Part shown: piece after piece, positions 10,422 through 19,616 of the stretch | Position numbering within the stretch: position 1 is the stretch's first letter | How the letters are laid out: every line of letters begins with the position of its first letter | NCBI GenBank assembly: GCA_964458565.1 | Contig: CAYWJO010000007.1 | Span: 32,001 to 96,000 of the forward strand | Direction of reading: 5' to 3' | DNA: 64,000 nt | DNA from: an uncultured archaeon | Lineage (GTDB): Archaea; Asgardarchaeota; Thorarchaeia; Thorarchaeales; Thorarchaeaceae | Notes under the pieces: generated by a model | Databases searched by the model: none | Told to the model about the DNA's origin: nothing | The model's input: only the letters and a program-made list of their open reading frames with translations | Made by a program: the position numbers and the translations under genes

Positions 10422-12131
10422 ATGCCAAGGCAAAGCCGAAAGGAACTACAATGGTGGAAAAAGACCACAGTATACCAAGTATATCCCCGAAGCTTCAAAG
10501 ATAGCACAGGTAACGGAATTGGAGATATTCCCGGTATTATATCCAAATTAGATTACTTGCAAGACTTGGGGATTGAAACAATCTGGGTTTCACCGTTATT
10601 CTCTAGTCCCCAAGCGGACCATGGTTATGATGTCAGTAACTACCGCGATATCGCGCCAGAATATGGCACACTGTCTGATTGTGAACGGCTCATAAATGAG
10701 ATTCATAATCGTGAAATGTATGCAGTATTTGATATGGTTTTGAACCATACCAGTGATCAGCACAATTGGTTCTTAGAATCTCGGGAAAGCCGTGATAACC
10801 CGAAACGTGATTGGTATATATGGCATGATGGACAGAAACCCGGTGGAAAAAAGCCTCCGAATAACTGGAATTCGATGGTTGGAGGTTCTGGATGGCATTA
10901 TGATGAATTGACCGATCAATGGTACTGGGCACAGTTCCTTCCTTTTCAGCCAGATCTCAACTACCGTAATGCTGAAGTGAAGGAAGAGATGTTTGATACA
11001 GTCCGCTTCTGGTTGGATAAAGGGGTTGATGGTTTTCGCTTGGATATAATTAATACCATATACGAAGACCCCGCTCTAAGAGATAATCCCTTTGCTTGGA
11101 CTTACCTGCCTTCAGAAGAACACACAAAGAGCTTCTTCAAGGACAACATCTACACAATAAATCATCCTGACAACTTCATCTTTGTAAAAGAACTACGTAG
11201 TGTTATGAACGAATTTTCAGATCCAGAACGATTCTTGGTGGGTGAAGTAGGAGCTCCTTTGGCTATTCTGAAACAATACTGTGGTGATATCGTTGATGAA
11301 ACGGTTACCGATGGACTTCATTTGATTTTTCAATTTCAATCATTAGGTGCAAAGTTAACAGCTGGCAGATTTAGAACTCTGTTCCAAGACTATGAGCAGG
11401 TCTTCTCGGAGCCCTATATTCCAACCTGGGTGTTTTCCAATCACGATCAAAAACGACGGATAAGTAGACTGAATGGGAATGTGGAAAAAGCCAAACTCAA
11501 TACCACATTGCAACTCACGACCCGAGGTGTTCCATTCATCTACTATGGTGAAGAAATCGGGATGCTTCAGTCTAAAATCCCTCTTAAAAGTGCACAAGAC
11601 CCTGTTGCTCAGAAACTCGCATTGTTGCCCCGCATACTTACCTCTTTATTTCAGAAAATTGGGGATATCTCATTGAATCGAGATGAGTGCAGGACACCAA
11701 TGCAATGGGATTCAGGACCCAATGCAGGGTTTTGCCAATCAGAAACCAACCCGTGGCTGCCTATAGGACCAGATTATGAAGAGATTAATGTTGACATAGA
11801 AGAAAGTGACCCTGCTTCTTTACTTAATTGTTACAAGGAATTATTGAAACTTCGTCGCAAAACACCCGCTCTGCATTCCGGAGCGCTTAGATTTAGTCAA
11901 CTCCATAATGGTCAAAAATCACTCCTAATGTATGAACGAATATTCAGCAGTGACGAATCAGAACAAATAGTAGAAATCTGGTTAAATCTTTCAGATAAAT
12001 CAATTCAAGTTGCCCAGGATTTGATTTCCTGTAAACTAAGATTTTCTACGATGAAGAGTACAACTCCACTCCGTGATGATAGTTTGTACCTAGAACCTCA
12101 TCAGGGAATTGTTCTAGAGATTGTAGACTGA
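10422..12131 (+). CDS. GH13 alpha-glucosidase / oligo-1,6-glucosidase
   Basis: YQVYPRSFKDS, DMVLNHTS, QPDLN, GVDGFRLD, LVGE, SNHD, RDECRTPMQW. Confidence 0.95.
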   Translation: MPRQSRKELQWWKKTTVYQVYPRSFKDSTGNGIGDIPGIISKLDYLQDLGIETIWVSPLFSSPQADHGYDVSNYRDIAPEYGTLSDCERLINEIHNREMYAVFDMVLNHTSDQHNWFLESRESRDNPKRDWYIWHDGQKPGGKKPPNNWNSMVGGSGWHYDELTDQWYWAQFLPFQPDLNYRNAEVKEEMFDTVRFWLDKGVDGFRLDIINTIYEDPALRDNPFAWTYLPSEEHTKSFFKDNIYTINHPDNFIFVKELRSVMNEFSDPERFLVGEVGAPLAILKQYCGDIVDETVTDGLHLIFQFQSLGAKLTAGRFRTLFQDYEQVFSEPYIPTWVFSNHDQKRRISRLNGNVEKAKLNTTLQLTTRGVPFIYYGEEIGMLQSKIPLKSAQDPVAQKLALLPRILTSLFQKIGDISLNRDECRTPMQWDSGPNAGFCQSETNPWLPIGPDYEEINVDIEESDPASLLNCYKELLKLRRKTPALHSGALRFSQLHNGQKSLLMYERIFSSDESEQIVEIWLNLSDKSIQVAQDLISCKLRFSTMKSTTPLRDDSLYLEPHQGIVLEIVD

Positions 12132-12387
12132 TTCGGATGAGTTACCCGTCAACAAACCTTTCTTCGTTATTTGGGAGGTATAGTTTACGTGATGAGCAGA
12201 ATTTATTAGTTAATCGTATGACTAACATATGAGTCCTCTGATTCCAATCCGAGGATATTGTGAGTTGGAGATGGATTCGGGCTTGATGATTGGATAACAT
12301 CAATCGTAAGCGTTAGAGAATGTATCCATTACAAGTGCATTATCCGCCGCTTCATATTCGAATTCTTCCAAATTAGGGGCATGAAAC

Positions 12388-15351
12388 ATGATATCATCAA
12401 AACATGTTCAAATCGTTGGATTTCTGCTTCTTTTTCTTCTACCAATGTTTGGATTGTATTATAGCAATAAGAAGGAAATACCAACGGTCTATATTGTAAT
12501 ATCGGATAATTATGATGTAAGAGTGGACTTGGCATCAACTACAATTCATAAGGAGTTTGAATCTGTAAGAGTAAAAGTAATTGAGATATTGTTGAGCCAA
12601 TGGGATAAAATACGAGGTAAACCTGATGCTTTAGTCATCATAGGTCATGGCCGAACAGACGGAATTGAAACCCCTTCGGGTGTGCTTCCATGGACTGAAC
12701 TCTATACAGATATTTCTGTGATTGACCCAACGCGAACAGTAGTCCTTGCATGCAAATCGCCTACAGATTTGAGATACAACATCTATGGATTTGTTGGGCA
12801 AATCGATGCTGAAGCAGGGGCATTATTATCAGTATGGCATATCCGCCAGATTATCAATTATGATATAATGGATACTACTTGTCGTCAACGTATTTTTGAA
12901 TGTCAACTGAATATGGCAAATCCGTTGGGCACTTATCTATACTTTGTACATGGTTACTATGGAAATAATGGTGAATTTGATCATATGATAAATATAATCC
13001 AGCCTGATCTATTATTGAAGTATGATGGATTCAGGTATTTCGATTATTTTGAAGACTATCCTAGTCTAACTCCAATTGAGATTCACAATGTCGAGTTTGG
13101 TATATCAGCATATGCTAATAATTTTGCCAACAAAATTCTTAGTTCTCATAATTCAGGAGATCAGATTGACATCGTTGCACACAGTATGGGTGGAATCATC
13201 ACACGAGAACTATTGAATCTTAATCGAACAGAATTGGATTTAGCTGGAATTGGAATTGGAAAAATCATCACATTAGGAACACCTCATTTGGGAACAGTTG
13301 CAGCGGTGAATCCTGTTGGAGATTTGGTAGCATTCATCATGTCATTAATGGGACAAAATTGGGACACACCCGTCTTTCGCTCTTTAGCACCAGATAGTGC
13401 TCTAATGTATTTTCTCAATTACAACCCCATGATTTACTCAGAAGGTATTGAATGGTATACCATAGCTGGAATAAACTATGCCGTCAATGCACAATTTATG
13501 GGTATATTCGAAGGTGATAACGACGGGATTGTTGCTGTCAGTAGTGCTCATCTATCTTTTTCAGATCAGCTTACAATCGAGGATATCGCTCATGAAAACT
13601 TAATCAATGATACTCTGTATTGCACTTATGGATATATTGACGAATGGCTCGTTGGACCTCTTGATTCTGATGGTGATGACATCTCCAATGCCTTAGAGAT
13701 TAGTGTCTATCATACAAACCCCTACAATACAGATAGTGATGGAGATGGAATGCCAGATGATTGGGAAATACGGTTCCTTCCTGACCTGAATCCTCTGACA
13801 GATGACGCACATGCTGACTGTGATTCGGATGATCTGGATAACATAAACGAGTATTTACTGGGAACTGATGTTTTGGACTTTGATAGTGATGATGATTATC
13901 TCTACGATGGAGAGGAAGTTGATGACTATCTGACAGATCCTCTCAATAGTGATTCGGATTATGACACTTTATTGGATGGGGATGAAATCGATATCTATGG
14001 TTCCGACCCCCTGAGCATCGATTCTGATGATGATGGAATGCCAGATCAGTGGGAGGCACAATATTACGACTTGCTTTACTTAAATTATGATGACTCACAG
14101 GATGATCTTGATAGTGATGGTCTAGATAATCTAGATGAGTATCTGTATGGTAGTGATGCCTTCAATATAGACAGCGATGGTGACTCGTTGTTTGATGGGA
14201 ATGAAGTTAATCAATACTTTACAGACCCGATGGATTCTGATAGTGATGATGATGAACTTAGTGACGGGTACGAAATCAATACGTCACATACATATCCCTA
14301 TGACTGGGACAGCGACGATGATACGCTCTCTGATGGATTTGAGTTGGATGCCGGGTCGGACCCTATGAGTAGTGATGGAGATTCTGATCAGATGCCTGAC
14401 GTGTGGGAAGTGCAGTATATGCCTTACCTAGACCCAATGTATCCTGATGCATATTATGACTGCGATGATGACGAATTGACCAATCTAAATGAATACCTTC
14501 TCTCCACAAACCCTATTGACTGTGACAGTGATTCAGACCAAATGCCTGATGGCTGGGAGGTGCAATATGGTCTGAATCCACTCGTTGATGACTCTCAATC
14601 CGACCTAGACTCAGATGATCTAACAAATGTTCAAGAATATATCTGTGAAACATTTCCAGACGATTCTGACAGTGACAATGATGCCATACCAGATGAATGG
14701 GAGGTACAAAACGGTCTGAATCCGCTGTTTAGTGATGCACAACAGGACACAGATGCAGATGGACTGAGTAATCTGGAGGAATATCAGTATTCCACCAATC
14801 CGCAGGACTCTGACAGTGACAATGATGCCCTATCCGACTGGGTAGAGATCTATACCTATTCAACGGATCCGCTTGACAATGATTCTGACAATGATGCTCT
14901 GACCGATGGTTCTGAGATCAACAGTCATGGAACCAATCCACTGGCATGGAGCACCGATGCAGATTTTTTGAGCGATGGTCAGGAGATTGCCTGGGGGTAT
15001 GATCCCAATGACTCGGACGACCCAATAACAGCTACAGAACTCATCGCCTCAGCATGGAGCAAGTCCATCCTTGGGTATGTCCGAGTGAATGACCCTCTTG
15101 CTGTGGACTATGTAAAGGTGTACGTGAAATACAAGGACAGTTCTGGTTGGTGGACGAACTATTATTACCTGGGTCGGGTCGATGATGTACATCCGGTCTA
15201 TCAGGATTACTATATGTGTTGGACCCTTCAATATGGCTATGTCCAGATGAAGGTGTATGTCAAAGCCTATGACTCTGGTGCTCACTTCATAGGGAGTGAT
15301 GTCTACTATGCGAACATAAAGACTGATGGAGGTGACCCTCCGCCTCTGTAA
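12388..15351 (+). CDS. Secreted/anchored multidomain protein: putative clan-CD protease-like domain, alpha/beta hydrolase (PGAP1/lipase-like), and thrombospondin-3-like Ca-binding repeats
   Basis: N-terminal hydrophobic segment; IIGHG...VLACKS; VHGY, AHSMGG, LGTPHLG, NDGIV, IAHE; many DSDxDGLxDxxE repeats. Confidence 0.85.
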   Translation: MISSKHVQIVGFLLLFLLPMFGLYYSNKKEIPTVYIVISDNYDVRVDLASTTIHKEFESVRVKVIEILLSQWDKIRGKPDALVIIGHGRTDGIETPSGVLPWTELYTDISVIDPTRTVVLACKSPTDLRYNIYGFVGQIDAEAGALLSVWHIRQIINYDIMDTTCRQRIFECQLNMANPLGTYLYFVHGYYGNNGEFDHMINIIQPDLLLKYDGFRYFDYFEDYPSLTPIEIHNVEFGISAYANNFANKILSSHNSGDQIDIVAHSMGGIITRELLNLNRTELDLAGIGIGKIITLGTPHLGTVAAVNPVGDLVAFIMSLMGQNWDTPVFRSLAPDSALMYFLNYNPMIYSEGIEWYTIAGINYAVNAQFMGIFEGDNDGIVAVSSAHLSFSDQLTIEDIAHENLINDTLYCTYGYIDEWLVGPLDSDGDDISNALEISVYHTNPYNTDSDGDGMPDDWEIRFLPDLNPLTDDAHADCDSDDLDNINEYLLGTDVLDFDSDDDYLYDGEEVDDYLTDPLNSDSDYDTLLDGDEIDIYGSDPLSIDSDDDGMPDQWEAQYYDLLYLNYDDSQDDLDSDGLDNLDEYLYGSDAFNIDSDGDSLFDGNEVNQYFTDPMDSDSDDDELSDGYEINTSHTYPYDWDSDDDTLSDGFELDAGSDPMSSDGDSDQMPDVWEVQYMPYLDPMYPDAYYDCDDDELTNLNEYLLSTNPIDCDSDSDQMPDGWEVQYGLNPLVDDSQSDLDSDDLTNVQEYICETFPDDSDSDNDAIPDEWEVQNGLNPLFSDAQQDTDADGLSNLEEYQYSTNPQDSDSDNDALSDWVEIYTYSTDPLDNDSDNDALTDGSEINSHGTNPLAWSTDADFLSDGQEIAWGYDPNDSDDPITATELIASAWSKSILGYVRVNDPLAVDYVKVYVKYKDSSGWWTNYYYLGRVDDVHPVYQDYYMCWTLQYGYVQMKVYVKAYDSGAHFIGSDVYYANIKTDGGDPPPL
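13663..15025 (+). repeat. Tandem Asp-rich DxDxDG(L/M)xDxxE...T(N/D)P repeats (TSP3-like)
   Basis: About 20 degenerate repeat units visible in translation. Confidence 0.85.
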
Positions 15352-15423
15352 TAGAGTCTAATTTGCATCTAGAAGATGGAAATCATCATATACACGAAGT
15401 CAGTATGGGAGAAGATGGCTAAC

Positions 15424-16587
15424 ATGAGTAATAGTCGGGTATCAATACTGAGAGCCAATATCATAGTTGCAAGTATTTTATTCATTATAACAATCAGTCC
15501 CTCAGTTAATGCAATCTCTTGTTGCAGAGAATCAACTACTGAGCATTCTATGGACACGATTTGGACAGAAATAACTCATGGCTATATTCGTGAGGATGTC
15601 ATGCCTTGGGATATAAAATTCAAGAATATAACACATGGCTGGGTTCTCAGTCAGAATGAGAGTAGTTTTGGTGATGGAATCATCCTATTCACAAATGATA
15701 GTGGATACTCATGGAATCTCCAAGTATACAGGGAACTGATGTGGTTCTCACGAATCACATTTGTTGAAACAACTGTCTGGATAACTGCACAGGGTGGGCT
15801 GTTTCGCTCTGACACTGATGGAAAGACCTGGGAATACCTTGCACTTGGTGAGGATACTGATGGATTCAGAGGAATATGCTTCATCAACGATACTGTTGGG
15901 TGGACAGGTTCAAATCGGGGGATATACAAGACAGAAGACGGAGGTTCATCATGGGACGAGATTACAACATGGCCCTTTGGTGATATTCCGCTTGATATCC
16001 ATTTCACAACCGAACAAAATGGATGGATCACAGGGGGCTATGGTATCTATCATAGTGTTGATGGAGGTATCACATGGGTGCGAGAACACAGCAAGGGTGG
16101 ATGGCGGTTCTCTTTCATCAGTGCAACTGATGCTTGGGTGGTGGGAGACAACATGCTCGCTCACATGGTTGATGGAGAAAACTGGATTGAACAATCGCGC
16201 CCTACAAATGAGTATAGTAGACCTCCGTATTTTACAGATATTCTATTTCTAAATAAGACTCATGGCTGGATTGGTGGTTCCACTCCTCAGATAGCTCACA
16301 CTCAGAATGGGGGAGTTGACTGGTATAAACAGTCTGTTGCTGAAGATGGGAGAATCTATGCAATATGGTTCTATAACGAATCTCTTGGCTGGGCGACAGG
16401 TAGAGATGGCCGCATTTTTAGAACGACCATAGGAAGCGAGCTGGGAGAATTCTCATGGAGCACATCGACTCCTACTCTTGTATACGGTGTTGGCTTTGCG
16501 ATTATTGCTGTCATCAGCATCTCACTCGTTTTTGTAAGATATAGGAGAAAACACTCGGTTAGATTTCAAGCTCCAGTTATCGAATGA
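15424..16587 (+). CDS. YCF48/BNR-type beta-propeller with C-terminal membrane anchor
   Basis: Signal peptide, repeated F.....GW...T.DGG.TW Asp-boxes, C-terminal TM plus RRK. Confidence 0.88.
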   Translation: MSNSRVSILRANIIVASILFIITISPSVNAISCCRESTTEHSMDTIWTEITHGYIREDVMPWDIKFKNITHGWVLSQNESSFGDGIILFTNDSGYSWNLQVYRELMWFSRITFVETTVWITAQGGLFRSDTDGKTWEYLALGEDTDGFRGICFINDTVGWTGSNRGIYKTEDGGSSWDEITTWPFGDIPLDIHFTTEQNGWITGGYGIYHSVDGGITWVREHSKGGWRFSFISATDAWVVGDNMLAHMVDGENWIEQSRPTNEYSRPPYFTDILFLNKTHGWIGGSTPQIAHTQNGGVDWYKQSVAEDGRIYAIWFYNESLGWATGRDGRIFRTTIGSELGEFSWSTSTPTLVYGVGFAIIAVISISLVFVRYRRKHSVRFQAPVIE

Positions 16588-16870
16588 GTATGTATATGAC
16601 ACGATCTCATTGATGCGTAGCGTTATTCTTATAACACTCTATGATTGTGCCTGTCAAAGCATGGGGATCGTACTAGAGGTTAAGATTAAATTTATCCAGT
16701 TCACCCTCGCTCTGATGAAATACGAAACAGATAGGACACTCAACATAATGAATACGGATGAATAGTTGTCCAATGCTACATCAACATTAGAAAAATAAAT
16801 GAGAATATTCAATTCTTTAACAATGAAAAAGACTATAGGCAGTTATACTATTTAAATCTGAGAAAAGGGA

Positions 16871-17263
16871 GTGAGATTGATGTCTTCGAAGAAATCATCC
16901 AAGGATAAAGAATTAGTAGTATTTGAATACCAATATGCCCCTGATTTCAAAGAATATTATGTTACAGGAGCAAGAGGTGGGATTCAGAATATCTACCATC
17001 TAAGACTCGATTTCTATTCAGAGAGAATAAGACTGCGATCTATGGAGGATGTCTTGGTTGAAGACGAAAAAGGCAAAAGAGTCATTATACCTAGAAAAGC
17101 TAAAAAGGGACCAGAAGTTGTTGAACGTAATTTCAAAATAGGTCTTAATTTATCGTTTAATGCTGTGAAAGAATTAGCAAATTTCCTTAATGTAAAAGTC
17201 AAAGAAATTGAAGAACTTGAAGAAAGAATGAACAAAGAAGGAATCATAGAAGAGGAGGGTTAG
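16871..17263 (+). CDS. DUF3467-like hypothetical protein, first gene of TA locus
   Basis: Y(V)TG..GG......LRLDF strand pattern and C-terminal L.LS...KEL...L helix. Confidence 0.6.
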   Translation: MRLMSSKKSSKDKELVVFEYQYAPDFKEYYVTGARGGIQNIYHLRLDFYSERIRLRSMEDVLVEDEKGKRVIIPRKAKKGPEVVERNFKIGLNLSFNAVKELANFLNVKVKEIEELEERMNKEGIIEEEG

Positions 17264-17265
17264 TC

Positions 17266-17601
17266 ATGTCAGAGGAGAATTGGATTTCAAGCATTCGTAA
17301 AGAAACCGGTTCAACCTATGCTGGATGGTATAGGCCAAATGGAATTGAAGGCACAGCAGCTATCTCGCGACCAATTTCGTTTGATATAATAGTATCTCCC
17401 AAAGGCATCGAAAGGAAATCGGATACAGGAAGAACGTGGATCACATTGATGAGAGAAAGTGATAATGTTTTTGACAAACTTTTCGGATTGCTAGATGAAG
17501 ATTCAGCAAAGAAGCTTGAGCTATTAATTTCTGAAATCAGAAAGGAAATGGATGACGATTTTAGAGAGAGAACAAGAGAGATGTTTGATGATTCTAGCTG
17601 A
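17266..17601 (+). CDS. Putative VapB-type antitoxin
   Basis: Overlaps vapC start; C-terminal LFGLLDEDSAKKLE...IRKE helix resembles archaeal VapB toxin-binding tails. Confidence 0.65.
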   Translation: MSEENWISSIRKETGSTYAGWYRPNGIEGTAAISRPISFDIIVSPKGIERKSDTGRTWITLMRESDNVFDKLFGLLDEDSAKKLELLISEIRKEMDDDFRERTREMFDDSS

Positions 17602-17983
17602 TACTTCTTTTATCATTGATATATTGAGAGGAAATAAAGAAGCGAAAAAGCTGCAAGAAAGATATACTGCTACTAATCAGAGTACCGTTATTTCTACGAT
17701 TTCATTATATGAGCTCTTTATAGGAGTATCAAAAGCTGAATTTCCTAATGAAGAAGAAGAAAAAATTAACAAATTACTTAATCGACTCTTAACAACTGAA
17801 TTTGATGAGATGAGTGCGAAAGAAGCAGGAAGCATATATGTTAATTTGAAGCATCGTGGAGAACTGATAGGTTCTATTGATATTCTTCTTGCGGGTATAG
17901 CAAAATCAAGTGGAATTCCAATAATAACCCGTAATGATGACCATTTCAAGAGGATTCAAGGGCTTGATGTAATTACGTATTAA
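17588..17983 (+). CDS. vapC: PIN-domain toxin VapC
   Basis: MILADTSFIID, SLYEL, IGSIDILLAG, ITRNDDHF; acidic tetrad intact. Confidence 0.92.
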   Translation: MILADTSFIIDILRGNKEAKKLQERYTATNQSTVISTISLYELFIGVSKAEFPNEEEEKINKLLNRLLTTEFDEMSAKEAGSIYVNLKHRGELIGSIDILLAGIAKSSGIPIITRNDDHFKRIQGLDVITY

Positions 17984-18102
17984 CCAATCACTTGACTAAT
18001 GAATCTAGAGATACCAATATCTCAACTCTCTGGGTTTTCTTAGAGAATTTCGATTTTTCCAAATAAACCTATTATTCAATCATCTTGTTTTGGTTAGCTT
18101 GG

Positions 18103-19305
18103 CTATGAGGACCTATCTCTTACATGTGTTGAGTGAACTGTAAGAAATTTCTGTGTTTCACCTTTCTTACGACTACTGTCACCAGCCTTCTTCTGTTTTG
18201 ACTCATTAGAAGCGACGTAATCTTTCTCCAACTTCATTTGGACATGGTCCATCTGTTGACACCAGGTTTCTGTCCTCTGCATTTTGTTTTCATTAGCGTC
18301 AGATACATTTTTTGTTCTAATGATAGCAGAAGGGTTTTCCACAGTCTTTTCCATGGCAGGGTCTTTAGTGTTATCAAACATAGCTAATGATGTCTGACTC
18401 TCACACTCAGCCACGGATCGTCTCCTTGAATCTGACGACTTCGAAGACGATATGGACTCCCTTTTAGAGCATTTACTCCTTGAGGTATTTGGGATGGCTT
18501 TTGACTTGCAAAGCCAAACTCCTAGTCCATTCTTCTCATCTCTTAGTGAATTGATGAGCTTGATGACACGCATTCCAATATTGATTGCTCCATTAAGGTC
18601 TGCGTTTGCTCTGAAACCACAAGTGTGACAAATGAAAAGACTTTGTTTTGGTCGTACTCCCTTGTTCCCACATCTATGACATATAATCGAGGTCCAAGCT
18701 TCATTGACTGCCAAGAATCTTTTTTTGTCAAATCCTTTAGTTACCAAGGAATGTTCAAGATAGACTCTTATACGAGCAAAAGACCATCGATGTATCATTC
18801 TTCGATATTTCTTACCTCTCAGATTACCTCTCCTCGCTGATTCACGAATTCCACGAAGTTTTCCTATGGCAATCCATATGTCATAGTCTTTTGTTAACTC
18901 AATGATTCTGGAAACAATATCACTCACAAGTTTCTTATCGAATTCTTTACTAACTCTATCTCGTTTCCCACTCAAGATTCTTAATCGTTTAGCGACTTGG
19001 CTTGAATCCTTTCTTTGTGATATCAGGCGTTCCTTCATTTTCTGTAGACTAGCAATATTCTCGTCATATTTTGATATGACTTGCAGCTTGTCATCTTGAT
19101 ACCAATACTGAACATGTTTGAATCCAGATTTTGTCAATAAGACAGTGCATGCTGCTTTATCAATACCCAAATCGATTCCAAAAACAGCAGAGGGTTTTCC
19201 AACCGACTCGATTTTTTGAACATCTATTGTGACTGTAAAAATCGCCCACCATTTCTTATGGGTGTCCTTGAAGAGTCTTACAGTCTTTACATTCCCACGT
19301 TTCAT
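18103..19305 (-). mobile_element. tnpB: IS200/IS605-family TnpB (RNA-guided nuclease), 5'-truncated, with long C-terminal extension
   Basis: RuvC-I GIDLG (D45), IAIG (G148), VNEAWTS (E202), Zn finger CHRC..CHTC, RuvC-III NADLNGAINI (D236); REC/WED N-terminus missing; no tnpA. Confidence 0.88.
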
Positions 19306-19431
19306 TTGTCTGAGATGAAATGTAATGAATCTAAGACCAGTTAATTTGCATCACATCTTCATTGCCTATCTATTTTCATCGATATTTATGAATAAGTTTA
19401 TCAATCAAATAAAAAGGGCATGTATAGTCAT

Positions 19432-19570
19432 GGGTCGGTGGTCTAGCTACCAGGTCAGGTTTTCTGTCTTGGCTAGAATGGCTATGATTCTTGGTTTGGG
19501 TCCGAGAGTCAATCTGACTCTCTAGCAAGGATCCAAGGGATCGGGCGTTCGAATCGCCCCCGGCCCACCA
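19432..19570 (+). tRNA. tRNA-Pro(TGG) with two introns: 19449-19478 (D-loop, about 17/17a) and 19501-19531 (37/38)
   Basis: Acceptor GGGTCGG/CCGGCCC, anticodon stem CTTGG/CCAAG, TGG at 19497-19499, T-loop TTCGAAT, CCA; removing both introns gives a normal cloverleaf. Confidence 0.88.
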
Positions 19571-19616
19571 TTTCTTCTTGATTCTCTGTGGTGCTTTTTA
19601 GGTATCATACAAGTAA

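Noticed and set aside
13663-15025. Possible CRISPR or DNA repeat array
   Set aside because: Repeats are degenerate, in-frame protein repeats; no identical repeat-spacer structure or cas genes were seen in the window
19325-19525. 66-aa ORF (likewise 29312-29500)
   Set aside because: These ORFs overlap tRNA genes and are spurious
12200-19570. Integrated element at tRNA-Pro
   Set aside because: The accessory block lies 5' of the tRNA, and no integrase or duplicated tRNA end (att) was found
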